A DNA stretch of 54,761 nucleotides from an uncultured Gammaproteobacteria bacterium (GTDB lineage: Bacteria > Patescibacteriota > Patescibacteriia > 2-01-FULL-39-33): the NCBI GenBank assembly GCA_964361645.1, contig CAYIBK010000004.1, positions 1 to 54,761 of the forward strand. The letters run 5' to 3'. The notes beneath the pieces were generated by a model that did not search any database, was not told the DNA's origin, and saw nothing but the letters and a program-made list of their open reading frames with translations. Positions 1 to 7,650 of this stretch are shown here, in pieces (within the stretch, counting starts at the first letter, position 1; every line of letters begins with the position of its first letter). The position numbers and the translations under genes were made by a program.

Positions 1-41
1 AAGTTTTTCTTTGGCGGCAAATTAATATTATCAAAACCATG

Positions 42-599
42 CTAACTAGTATACCAACCAACCCACACATCTTTGAAGATGAGTTCAGGAATTACGATAT
101 CGGAGTCAATTCCTTTATCGTCAATAAAATGAACATCTTTCAAAATTACATTTGCTGTGTAGTTTCCACGCCATTCTGGTCTAGATTTATCAATATCCGA
201 AACGGATATAATTGCTTTCCCACTTTTTCCAAACAGTTTTCTAGACGTAGGTTGTTCAGGAGGCAAAAGATCAGTACAATAAGAGTGCACTACCTTTTCT
301 CCTATAAGAATTTTGACATCCAAGCCGTCTGTTTTCCCAATTTCAAAAGTTTTTTCTGCGGTCGAAAAGTTGAGTTTGTCTCTTCTGGCAGAAACAGAAA
401 TGCTGGCGGTTTGGTCATTGTTGATTTTGTAGACGAAAATATCTCCGCAACCATTTCCAGTTTCTTGAAAAGTAATACTTGTAGGTGGTCTGGAAGTCGG
501 GGAGGTAATGTTTGCCTTTCTTATTGTGAAAAAATATCCGAGTGCTACAACCGAAGTCACTATAATTATCGAAAAAATAATTTTTGCGATCTTGTTCAT
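42..599 (-). CDS. hypothetical membrane-anchored/secreted protein
   Basis: 185-aa ORF with a hydrophobic N-terminus (IAKIIFSIIIVTSVVALGYFF). No recognisable family. Confidence 0.55.
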   Translation of the reverse strand: MNKIAKIIFSIIIVTSVVALGYFFTIRKANITSPTSRPPTSITFQETGNGCGDIFVYKINNDQTASISVSARRDKLNFSTAEKTFEIGKTDGLDVKILIGEKVVHSYCTDLLPPEQPTSRKLFGKSGKAIISVSDIDKSRPEWRGNYTANVILKDVHFIDDKGIDSDIVIPELIFKDVWVGWYTS

Positions 600-699
600 A
601 GGATTAAAAAATTTTCTTCCCCAAAATTAAATACCAATTAGTCGTCGAGCGAAGCGAGACGAATCAAAACTCTCTGACTTTTCCTATCTGACATCCCCA

Positions 700-870
700 A
701 AAGAAATTAAACCTATATTTCAAACTCCACAAGCTTGCGCTCCCCGCCTGCCATCGCCTATTGCCCTCAAGAGCCTGCCTGCCGGTAGGCAGGGAATTGA
801 ACCTCTATTTCAGGCTCCCCGCCCGACGCGCCTACGGCGACAGCCGTGGCGGGCGGGCGCAAATTCTATA
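700..870 (-). pseudogene. decayed tRNA-Arg-derived fragments: T-arm/acceptor piece, linker, then 3' half with anticodon loop TTGTGGA
   Basis: Minus strand reads GAGGTTCAATTCC[20-bp palindrome]CTCTTGAGGGCA, then the linker TAGGCGATGGCAGGCGGG, then GAGCGCAAGCTTGTGGAGTTTGAAATATAGGTTTAATTTC. This parallels the intact locus at 876-1058 but has substitutions and lacks the 5' halves. Confidence 0.5.
774..793. repeat. B-type 20-bp palindrome (cctgcctgccggtaggcagg) inserted in the T-stem of a tRNA-Arg fragment
   Basis: Compare the filled site ctcaagag|cctgcctgccggtaggcagg|gaattgaacc with the empty site ttaagag|gaattgaacc at 951-970. Confidence 0.8.
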
Positions 871-875
871 TTAAT

Positions 876-1058
876 CGTGACTAGCAGGAGTTGAACCTGC
901 GATCTTCAGCTCCGCAAGCTGACGCTCCCCGCCTGCCATCGCCATTGCCCTTAAGAGGAATTGAACCTCTATTTCAAGCTCCGCAAGCTTGCGCTCTATC
1001 CGTTGAGCTATAAGGGCAGGGGCCAGGGCGGGCAGGTATCCAGCTGAGCTATAGCCAC
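876..1058 (-). tRNA. interrupted tRNA-Arg(GCG)-like gene: 22-nt 5' part (1037-1058) and 52-nt 3' part (876-927) split in the D-loop by a 109-nt insert
   Basis: Joined sequence: GTGGCTA TA GCTC AGCTGGATA | GAGC G TCAGC TTGCGGA GCTGA AGATC GCAGG TTCAACT CCTGC TAGTCAC G. It gives a full cloverleaf, with an acceptor stem of 7 bp including one G-U, and a canonical T-loop. Insert flanks pair with each other (CCTGCC/GGCAGG and CGCC/GGCG). Confidence 0.5.
946..1017 (-). tRNA. tRNA-Arg (anticodon GCG), nested inside the insert of the outer tRNA-like gene
   Basis: GCCCTTA TA GCTC AACGGATA GAGC G CAAGC TTGCGGA GCTTG AAATA GAGG(A)TTCAATTCCTCT TAAGGGC A. Clean 72-nt cloverleaf, no encoded CCA. Confidence 0.8.
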
Positions 1059-1067
1059 ACAATTATT

Positions 1068-1571
1068 CTAAATCCTCAATAAGCGGCGCAGTCTTTCGGA
1101 TAATGGTTCGGCTTCCCTTTCCAAATCTTCTTTTAAAAACTGAAGTAAATATTCTCTTATCCCAATGGCATCTAAGCCATCTAAATCAACAATCAACCGG
1201 CCCTTAAGCGGGTTTTTAAAATCAACATATAAATTTTTAATGCCCTGATCTTGATAGATAATAAAGAAGTTATCAATAGTTTTGTAGAAAAAGAATTTTG
1301 AGCCATGCTTAATGCCATCGGGAGTAATCACACAATCAATCACCTCTGGCTCTTTAAATTCATACATTATGACCACCAAATAAAATAAAACTAGAAATAC
1401 GGCAAATAAATAATTAACCGTATAAATAGCCCAAGCCACCATGGCCGCCACAATAATAAGAGAAACCAAATACCAAATTTTACTTTTTTGATATTTGATA
1501 TAATCATGGCATTTCCAAGAAAAAATAACCTCGCTTAATTGTTGACCCTCTTGTTGACTTTGCATGGGCAT
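1068..1571 (-). CDS. hypothetical membrane protein (two central TM helices)
   Basis: 167-aa ORF. Hydrophobic stretch IWYLVSLIIVAAMVAWAIYTVNYLFAVFLVLFYLVVIMY, followed by a soluble C-terminal domain. Confidence 0.6.
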   Translation of the reverse strand: MPMQSQQEGQQLSEVIFSWKCHDYIKYQKSKIWYLVSLIIVAAMVAWAIYTVNYLFAVFLVLFYLVVIMYEFKEPEVIDCVITPDGIKHGSKFFFYKTIDNFFIIYQDQGIKNLYVDFKNPLKGRLIVDLDGLDAIGIREYLLQFLKEDLEREAEPLSERLRRLLRI

Positions 1572-1630
1572 ATTTTTAGTAAAAATTATTTTATAAAATA
1601 TTTATTTTAAGATATTAATATTTCCAATAT

Positions 1631-1867
1631 TTATAATCCGCACAAATGCATAGTAACAGCAACTTTCATGACTCTAAATCTGGCTTCTAATAATTCTGGG
1701 AAAACAGCCTTGATTTTTTGCTCAAATGTATTCCAACTGTCATCAGCATCTCTGGTTAAATCTGCCTCAACAAACTGTTCAATTCTCTCATTAAATAAAT
1801 CTAACTCTACATCAGGAGTTGAGTCTTTAGGGTTTTTAGTATTATCAAATGGCTTTTCCAAATTCAT
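1631..1867 (-). CDS. small acidic hypothetical protein
   Basis: 78-aa ORF, co-directional with its neighbours. The overlapping plus-strand ORF looks like low-complexity antisense. Confidence 0.45.
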   Translation of the reverse strand: MNLEKPFDNTKNPKDSTPDVELDLFNERIEQFVEADLTRDADDSWNTFEQKIKAVFPELLEARFRVMKVAVTMHLCGL

Positions 1868-1908
1868 AAAATTTATTTTATTAACGATTGGAATTAAAAT
1901 TCATACTT

Positions 1909-1976
1909 GCGGAGAGGGTGAAATTCGGCTTCGACTCAAATTTTCTTCCAAAAATTTGGTCTAGCCACCACCTCGC
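1909..1976 (-). pseudogene. decayed tRNA-Ser-like copy
   Basis: Minus strand ends ...GAATTTCACCCTCTCCGC (compare TTCGAATCTCACCCTCTCCG of the intact gene) and begins GCGAGGTGGTGGCTAGACC (compare GGAGAGGTGGCAGAGTGGAC). The cloverleaf is no longer foldable by eye. Confidence 0.35.
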
Positions 1977-2078
1977 GGTTTGATTCGTCAAATACTCACC
2001 AAACATCGCTCCGGCGTTCTCATCTCACACGCGAGCCAAGCAGTTGGCTCGTTCCTATTCTCATTCACTTCGTTCATT

Positions 2079-2165
2079 CGGAGAGGGTGAGATTCGAACT
2101 CACGGTCCCCGTGAAGGGACTTCAGTTTTCAAGACTGATGCATTCGTCCACTCTGCCACCTCTCC
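2079..2165 (-). tRNA. tRNA-Ser (anticodon UGA), class II with long variable arm
   Basis: GGAGAGG T GGCAGAGTGGACGAATGC A TCAGT CTTGAAA ACTGA AGTCCCTTCACGGGGAC C GTGAG TTCGAAT CTCAC CCTCTCC G. Confidence 0.9.
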
Positions 2166-2196
2166 ATCAAACAATAATTGTCGTCACCACCCAATG

Positions 2197-2245
2197 CGGA
2201 GAAGGAGGCTTGCCTGCCGGTAGGCAGGGATTTACGCGTCGCTTC
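2197..2245 (-). pseudogene. decayed 3' fragment of tRNA-Ser(GCU) carrying a B-type palindrome (2209-2228)
   Basis: Plus strand cggagaaggagg|cttgcctgccggtaggcagg|gatttacgcg, versus the intact gene cggagaaggagg|gattcgaaccc at 2393. Confidence 0.5.
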
Positions 2246-2392
2246 GCTCCTTGTCCTGGGCAAAGCTGAATGCTCCACGGGGTCGCATTCAGCTACGCTC
2301 GTCTTCGCCTCGCTCCTGCCCGTTCGAATCCTGATTTCTTTTCAGAAATTAAATTTTTAATCCAAGGCAATCTTGGTTTAAAAATTTACCTT

Positions 2393-2482
2393 CGGAGAAG
2401 GAGGGATTCGAACCCTCGATACGCTTAAAAAACGTATAACAGGTTAGCAACCTGCCGCTTTCAGCCACTCAGCCACCTCTCC
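2393..2482 (-). tRNA. tRNA-Ser (anticodon GCU), class II
   Basis: GGAGAGG T GGCTGAGTGGCTGAAAGC G GCAGG TTGCTAA CCTGT TATACGTTTTTTAAGCGTATC GAGGG TTCGAAT CCCTC CTTCTCC G. Confidence 0.9.
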
Positions 2483-2531
2483 AAGAATTCAAGGTATCTT
2501 TTAATAAAAAATCAATATTTAATACATATAT

Positions 2532-2580
2532 GCCGCCCCGCCCGAGGCGGGTCCGCCTTGGGCGGATCTGCCACCTCTCC
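2532..2580 (-). other. orphan tRNA-Ser 5' fragment (GGAGAGGTGGCAGA) fused to two GC-rich hairpins
   Basis: Minus strand GGAGAGGTGGCAGA TCCGCCCAAGGCGGA CCCGCCTCGGGCGGG GCGGC. The first 14 nt equal the 5' end of tRNA-Ser(UGA). No downstream tRNA body follows. Confidence 0.4.
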
Positions 2581-2719
2581 AAAATGATGACTAAGACAGT
2601 TTATCATAAAAGAGACATTTTGTAAACACTTAAAAAACCAATAAAAATATATAAATTACAACTAATCTTGTCTTTATTATAACATAATACACCTAGGCCA
2701 TCAAAATATTAATAATTCA

Positions 2720-3445
2720 TTAACTTTTTATTAAAACTAATCCCCAAACACTTTTATAACCAGACATTTTTAGTTGCTTGGCACATTCTTCCATAGTAGA
2801 GCCTGTAGTATAAACATCATCCACTATAATAATACGACTATCATAATCAATTGTGGCACTAAGATTAACTTTAAAACTATCAACAATATTGGAACGCCTT
2901 CTATCGGCGCTTAGTCCCACTTGATGTTTATTATATTTTATTTTTTTTAGTAACTTATTATTAATTTTATTGCCCCTAGTTTCACTGATAATGTCGCAAA
3001 TTATTTGTGATTGATTAAAGCCTCGTTCTAAAAATCTTCGGCGATGTAGGGGAACTGGCACTAAAACAAAAAAATCCCGCCAATTGGGATTCTTATTTAA
3101 ATAGTCTGACAATTTAGGTTTTAAATAAGTAAAAATATCATCAATAAAATTATATTTTACAAAATGGATCATTTTACGGCTTAGCTGATTATTTTCAAAA
3201 ATTATCATTAAGCCATCAAGATTTGAACTGTCTTGGCAGTAGCCACAAACGGATCCGTTTCTATTTTCCAATTCGCAAATCGGGCATAAATGGTAACCAT
3301 AGAGCCTGATTTTATTTAGACATCTAGAGCAAATCCAATAGCCCTCCGCTTTACAAGACAAACATTTAATGGGGAAAATGATGTCCAAAATAAATTTTCG
3401 TATTTTACTTCCAATCAACTTCATCGACTTTCCATTCATCACCAA
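2720..3445 (-). CDS. comFC: ComF family protein (ComFC-like phosphoribosyltransferase-fold competence protein)
   Basis: N-terminal Cys4 zinc-finger pattern (CLSC..CSRC, CPIC..CGYC), then VPVPLHRRRFLERGFNQS and the PRT motif IIIVDDVYTTGST. The likely true start is MKLIGS at 3424, because the ORF-track start overlaps the upstream gene. Confidence 0.8.
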   Translation of the reverse strand: MVMNGKSMKLIGSKIRKFILDIIFPIKCLSCKAEGYWICSRCLNKIRLYGYHLCPICELENRNGSVCGYCQDSSNLDGLMIIFENNQLSRKMIHFVKYNFIDDIFTYLKPKLSDYLNKNPNWRDFFVLVPVPLHRRRFLERGFNQSQIICDIISETRGNKINNKLLKKIKYNKHQVGLSADRRRSNIVDSFKVNLSATIDYDSRIIIVDDVYTTGSTMEECAKQLKMSGYKSVWGLVLIKS

Positions 3446-3989
3446 CTTTTATCACCGTTAATTCTACTTTAGAATAACTAGTTACAGGAGTGGCTTGTTC
3501 GCCCAAAGATTTGATTAACTGAAGCGAAACCACCACCACCGCTTGATTATCCTTTAAATATATCAGCTGATTGTTTAAAGCCTTAGCTTCTTGAGCCTCA
3601 TAGCCATCTCCCCCTATATTAGAAGTGGCAATAAAATTATCAATGAAAGATTGCATTTTGGCAGTAGAGAGTATTTTTAAATCTTGTAAGTTCTTAAAAT
3701 TAGCATCACTCGAATAACTAGCAAATCTTTCTGCATATGAGGAGGTAAGAGCTTCTAATCCGAGGGGATAATCTTTATCATTTTTAATTCTTTCAGGGCT
3801 GGGCTCGGGCAATGAATCAATTTTACCAATAGTTGGGGTTTGATTTTCATTCTGGCTGCCTGGCGGCAATATAACTTCATCAGCCGGCTTCTTTTTAAAT
3901 GGATTAAAAATTAAAAATAACACCACTATAACTATCAATATAATTATAATAATTGAAATTAAAATTATTCTTTTTTTTCTATCATCCAT
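3405..3989 (-). CDS. bitopic membrane protein, possible VirB8/TcpC-like (NTF2-like C-terminal domain)
   Basis: N-terminal TM helix (IILISIIIIILIVIVVLFLIF), a Pro-rich linker, and a roughly 110-aa C-terminal domain ending VELTVIKVGDEWKVDEVDW. It lies directly downstream of the VirB4-like gene. The family call is inference only. Confidence 0.35.
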   Translation of the reverse strand: MDDRKKRIILISIIIIILIVIVVLFLIFNPFKKKPADEVILPPGSQNENQTPTIGKIDSLPEPSPERIKNDKDYPLGLEALTSSYAERFASYSSDANFKNLQDLKILSTAKMQSFIDNFIATSNIGGDGYEAQEAKALNNQLIYLKDNQAVVVVSLQLIKSLGEQATPVTSYSKVELTVIKVGDEWKVDEVDWK

Positions 3990-4105
3990 ATTATTTTATT
4001 TTACTAGCTGGTTAGCTTATTAGCTTATTAGGATTTATTTATAATATTTTCTTCATAAACGATCCCTAATAAGCTAAAAAACTACAACCTACTATATATT
4101 AATTA
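3990..4105. repeat. AT-rich word-palindrome leader (tagcttattag ... ctaataagcta), paralog of 6712-6815
   Basis: ttattttactagctggttagcttattag is shared with 6715-6750, and ctacaacctac is shared with 6795-6805. Internal inverted words are present. Confidence 0.7.
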
Positions 4106-6004
4106 TTATTCTCTGGCTAGCGACTGCTCAAATTCTTTTTTAGCCTGTTCAATCTCTAGTAGTTGCCTAGGATCAGAAGTAATCAACTGATCTTCGGAAT
4201 AGGAAGCCACCACTTTTATGGCTGCATGTTTAGCGCCAGCAAAGAAAATTCCCTCCCCCACTCCGCATTCCAAAAGCAAATATTTTTCTCCTTCGGTTAA
4301 CAAAAATGTTTTTTGGATCAAATCCACAGCCGCCGGAGATTGTTTCATTAACAATTGCAAGGATGAATTATTAACAATAGCCTGGCCGTAAGGGGAAGTT
4401 AAAAAATCGTTAACATCTTGAGTGATGGTAGTAACACCCAAATAATATTTTCGACACCTTTTTACCAGGGCAAATATAAATTTGGCGCTATCCTCTCTTT
4501 GCATCAGCCACCAAGCTTCATCCACTACCAGTATTCTCTTTTTCATTTCGCTTCTAACCACATTCCAGACATAATTAACAATGGTGTATATAGCCAGTGG
4601 CTTCAATTCGTCTTCTAAATCCCTAACGCTAAAAGCTACTAATTGATTATTCATAGCCACATTAGTTGGATTATTAAGCAAGCCGGCAAATGTGCCTTCG
4701 GTATATTTTTTTAATCTCAAAACTATACTTTCCCCATTTTCCATACCTTCTAAAATTTCTTGGAAATCCTGCATTACCGGCGCTTCCACTCGGGATAAAT
4801 CGGCCGCCGAAGTAATATCTTTTTTGGCATAAGTTTCTAGTAGCGCCCGATCAATTATAGAATCTTCTTCTGGGGTGATATCTCCGATCATTAATTTAAC
4901 CAAGCCCTTCACAGTAATAACTGCTCCTCTGATAATATCATCAGCTTTAGCCTCATCCCCAATTGACCGGGGCAAGTCAAAAGGATTTATTTGACTCTCC
5001 GAGTTTAGTGAAACATCAATATATGTTCCTCCCACTGCATCACAAAGATGCTTATATTCCCTTTCCGGATCAATAATGATAACCTCAGTGCCAAACATCA
5101 AACTCCTTAAAACTTCTAATTTTATAGCATAAGATTTACCAGCGCCAGAAGTGGCAAATACCACTGAATTGGCATTTTGAAGAGAAAACCGATCAAATAA
5201 AATCAAACTGTTATTGTGACGATTAATACCAAAGAGCACTCCGCTATCGGAAGTTAAATCAGAGGAAACAAAGGGAAAAGAACTAGCAGACGGAGAGGTA
5301 TTCATATTGATTAAAATCTGCAAATCATCAGAAGCAATCGGCAAAGTGGAATTAAAGCCTTGTTCTGCTTGATAAAAAACCCGGCGTGAATAAACCAAGG
5401 TAGAACCTAAAATATTTTCTATACCCTCACAAGAACTGTCCAAGTCTTCCAAAGTTTTGCCGTAAACCGTAATATACATAGCGGTTTGAAAAAAATGTTC
5501 AATGCCTTGGGTAAGATCATCCCTTAATTTTTCCATGTCTCTAAGGGCGGTTTCTCTTAGGGGGTCGCGGGGAGCGCCTTTTTCAGCATCAGAAATGAGT
5601 CCAGCTTGGAGAGCGCCAACTTTTTTCTTGAGTTGTTTTAAAATAACCGATGCTTTAACTGGATAGAAATAAATAGCAATATCGGCTGTCACATCCATAT
5701 TGATAATTGGAGCAAACCAACCCACACTGATATATCTGGGATATTCAATGACAAAAATTGTTTTAATAAAATAATCACCCAGTTTAAGATAAGAACTGGT
5801 TACTTCCAAAGAGGCTGGAGAAATCAAATCACGAATAGAAACCACACCGCGCCTATAGATCTTCTCCTCTTCTATGGTTTTTTTGCTGGTTTCTATATCT
5901 TGAACCATGACTTCTTTCCTTTGCTGGGCGGTTAGAAGCTGTTCTTTTTCTTGTTCCATTTGCCTTATTTTATCAACTTTGTTTAGTTGACTTGGATCAA
6001 ACAT
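4106..6004 (-). CDS. VirB4/TrsE-like type IV secretion ATPase
   Basis: 632 aa. Walker A is VVFATSGAGKSYAIK and Walker B is KRILVVDEAWWLM. The upstream segment IRDLISPASLEV..YFIKTIFVIEYPRYISVGWFAPI is typical of Gram-positive-type VirB4 proteins. Confidence 0.8.
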   Translation of the reverse strand: MFDPSQLNKVDKIRQMEQEKEQLLTAQQRKEVMVQDIETSKKTIEEEKIYRRGVVSIRDLISPASLEVTSSYLKLGDYFIKTIFVIEYPRYISVGWFAPIINMDVTADIAIYFYPVKASVILKQLKKKVGALQAGLISDAEKGAPRDPLRETALRDMEKLRDDLTQGIEHFFQTAMYITVYGKTLEDLDSSCEGIENILGSTLVYSRRVFYQAEQGFNSTLPIASDDLQILINMNTSPSASSFPFVSSDLTSDSGVLFGINRHNNSLILFDRFSLQNANSVVFATSGAGKSYAIKLEVLRSLMFGTEVIIIDPEREYKHLCDAVGGTYIDVSLNSESQINPFDLPRSIGDEAKADDIIRGAVITVKGLVKLMIGDITPEEDSIIDRALLETYAKKDITSAADLSRVEAPVMQDFQEILEGMENGESIVLRLKKYTEGTFAGLLNNPTNVAMNNQLVAFSVRDLEDELKPLAIYTIVNYVWNVVRSEMKKRILVVDEAWWLMQREDSAKFIFALVKRCRKYYLGVTTITQDVNDFLTSPYGQAIVNNSSLQLLMKQSPAAVDLIQKTFLLTEGEKYLLLECGVGEGIFFAGAKHAAIKVVASYSEDQLITSDPRQLLEIEQAKKEFEQSLARE

Positions 6005-6036
6005 ATTTGGCTTAATTTATTAGGATTTATTTTTAA

Positions 6037-6711
6037 TTATCTCTCAATATCCAGTTTATTTATATCGGCCATCTTTTGGCTTTCGGAAATAGCTGGATTA
6101 TAAGTATTATAAAACAATTCGATTAACGATTGGGTATTTAAAACAGAAGCTCTTAGTCCCATAGATGATAAGCCAGAAACTATCTTATCAACTCCAATAA
6201 AGAGTTCCTTGTGACGCTTGATAAATTCTTTTTGAGTTAATTTAATCAGTTTAGTGGGCGAAATAACATCACTGCCTCTTTGCCAAAAATTTCTTTTTTT
6301 GCTAGAGGTGGGATTATAATAAACCACCACATAAAATCTTTTGGTCATAATATCTCCTAATTCCACTAATTCGGTAATATATTTGCGATATTCTGTGGTT
6401 TGAAGTTTAAGTAAATCATTGGTCTGTTCTTGTTCGGCTCTTTTGATATCTAATAAATAATTATCTAAATTCAATTTTCTGGATTGGATTACTATCTGCA
6501 AAGTTGTATCTAGGGAATTCAAAAAAGATATATAGCCAAAGATGATGGCATTTTGCTCATCTTCTGATTTAAGGGCAAAATTTATGCTGGACACCAAAAG
6601 AATGGCGCGAAGTGTGCCCTCTTTCATCACCATAGTATCATCCCTTATTTCGGAAATGGTCATATAACTTTGGGTACTGGGTGTTGATTTGGTTGCTTTT
6701 CTGTCAGCCAT
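6037..6711 (-). CDS. T4SS-associated protein resembling the extreme N-terminal domain of Gram-positive VirB4 proteins
   Basis: 224 aa. The segment ISEIRDDTMVMKEGTLRAILLVSSINFALKSEDEQNAIIFGYISFLNSL..LQIVIQSRK matches by eye the pattern at the start of TrsE/PrgJ-class VirB4. It lies 32 nt upstream of the ATPase ORF. Confidence 0.45.
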   Translation of the reverse strand: MADRKATKSTPSTQSYMTISEIRDDTMVMKEGTLRAILLVSSINFALKSEDEQNAIIFGYISFLNSLDTTLQIVIQSRKLNLDNYLLDIKRAEQEQTNDLLKLQTTEYRKYITELVELGDIMTKRFYVVVYYNPTSSKKRNFWQRGSDVISPTKLIKLTQKEFIKRHKELFIGVDKIVSGLSSMGLRASVLNTQSLIELFYNTYNPAISESQKMADINKLDIER

Positions 6712-6815
6712 ATTTATTTTATTTTACTAGCTGGTTAGCTTATTAGGTTATGAGATTTATATATTTTCAGTTTTATCCCTAAAAAGCTACAACCTACAAG
6801 CTATTTATTATTTTA
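6712..6815. repeat. AT-rich word-palindrome leader, paralog of 3990-4105
   Basis: Shares roughly 40 nt at its start and the ctacaacctac word with the 3990-4105 leader. Confidence 0.7.
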
Positions 6816-7274
6816 TTATTTTAAATTGTTTATTGAATTAATTATACCTTCTCCTTGATAAACTCCGCCAGTATCCACTATTAAAGACAGTTCTGATAAA
6901 TTGGAAGCGTTGATAATCTGCCTTTTTATTTGAGGCAGAGCTATTTTAATTTCTTCTGGCTGTTTCAAACTCAATTTTATATCTTTGTCACTGATAATTT
7001 TTTTCCAAATTTTAAGTTTGGGATTTTTTAAAGTGGATATAAAATTAAGCAAAAAATTATGAAAAGGCTGGCCATTTATTTTGGCAAAAGCAAAAGTCAT
7101 CACAATGCCAAAAGTTAATAAGCCGGAAACAATAAATAAAGAGAAATCAAAAGATTTATAAAAAATAAAAATAATTATTCCTCCGATTAACATCTCAATA
7201 AACTGGCGAACGGTAATGGGGCCGATAATCTTATCTTCAACATCTAAAAATTGTGGTACGGTTATTTGTTCCAT
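6816..7274 (-). CDS. PrgI family protein (VirB3-like small membrane T4SS component)
   Basis: 152 aa. The N-terminus VPQFLDVEDKIIGPITVRQFIEMLIGGIIIFIFY, followed by a second TM helix, is the characteristic PrgI-family pattern. It sits upstream of the VirB4-like genes, as in Gram-positive T4SS loci. Confidence 0.7.
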   Translation of the reverse strand: MEQITVPQFLDVEDKIIGPITVRQFIEMLIGGIIIFIFYKSFDFSLFIVSGLLTFGIVMTFAFAKINGQPFHNFLLNFISTLKNPKLKIWKKIISDKDIKLSLKQPEEIKIALPQIKRQIINASNLSELSLIVDTGGVYQGEGIINSINNLK

Positions 7275-7305
7275 AAATAAGTTTGTAAAGTATAATGTTT
7301 AAAGT

Positions 7306-7650
7306 TTATAAAGTTTTAATAAAACCAGATAATAATTTAGATATTTCTAATGATTTATTATATAATTCATTAAAATTTAACTTAGAAATATATTTAAATT
7401 TTAATGCCAAATATAACATTGATCGCACCTCTCCACAAGAACCCTTGGCAATATATAAAAAATTTTTAAACTCTTTATTAGTATTTCTTTCAAACCCCTC
7501 AGCTACATTATTCATAATAGAGACGGAAGCTCTTTGAATTTGGTTTTTAAAAGCATAATCATTTAAATTCTTAAAGTTATTATACACCAGAACAGTTAAT
7601 TCTCCAGATTTCTGCCAAGCTATTATATCTTCAAATCTATTTATTTTCAT
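7306..7650 (-). CDS. four-helix-bundle protein (23S rRNA intervening-sequence protein family, TIGR02436-like)
   Basis: 114 aa. The pattern FEDIIAWQKS..L...VY........D..FKNQIQRASVSI.NN.AEGF.R.....F..FL.IA.GS..E is the hallmark of this family. Confidence 0.85.
   Translation of the reverse strand: MKINRFEDIIAWQKSGELTVLVYNNFKNLNDYAFKNQIQRASVSIMNNVAEGFERNTNKEFKNFLYIAKGSCGEVRSMLYLALKFKYISKLNFNELYNKSLEISKLLSGFIKTL

Noticed and set aside
871-1062. 63-aa ORF on the minus strand
   Set aside because: It coincides exactly with the nested tRNA-Arg locus, and tRNA structure explains the sequence.
2087-2360. Two 60-aa plus-strand ORFs
   Set aside because: They lie antisense to tRNA-Ser(UGA) and over tRNA-derived fragments and GC palindromes. 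No SD and no coding-like composition.
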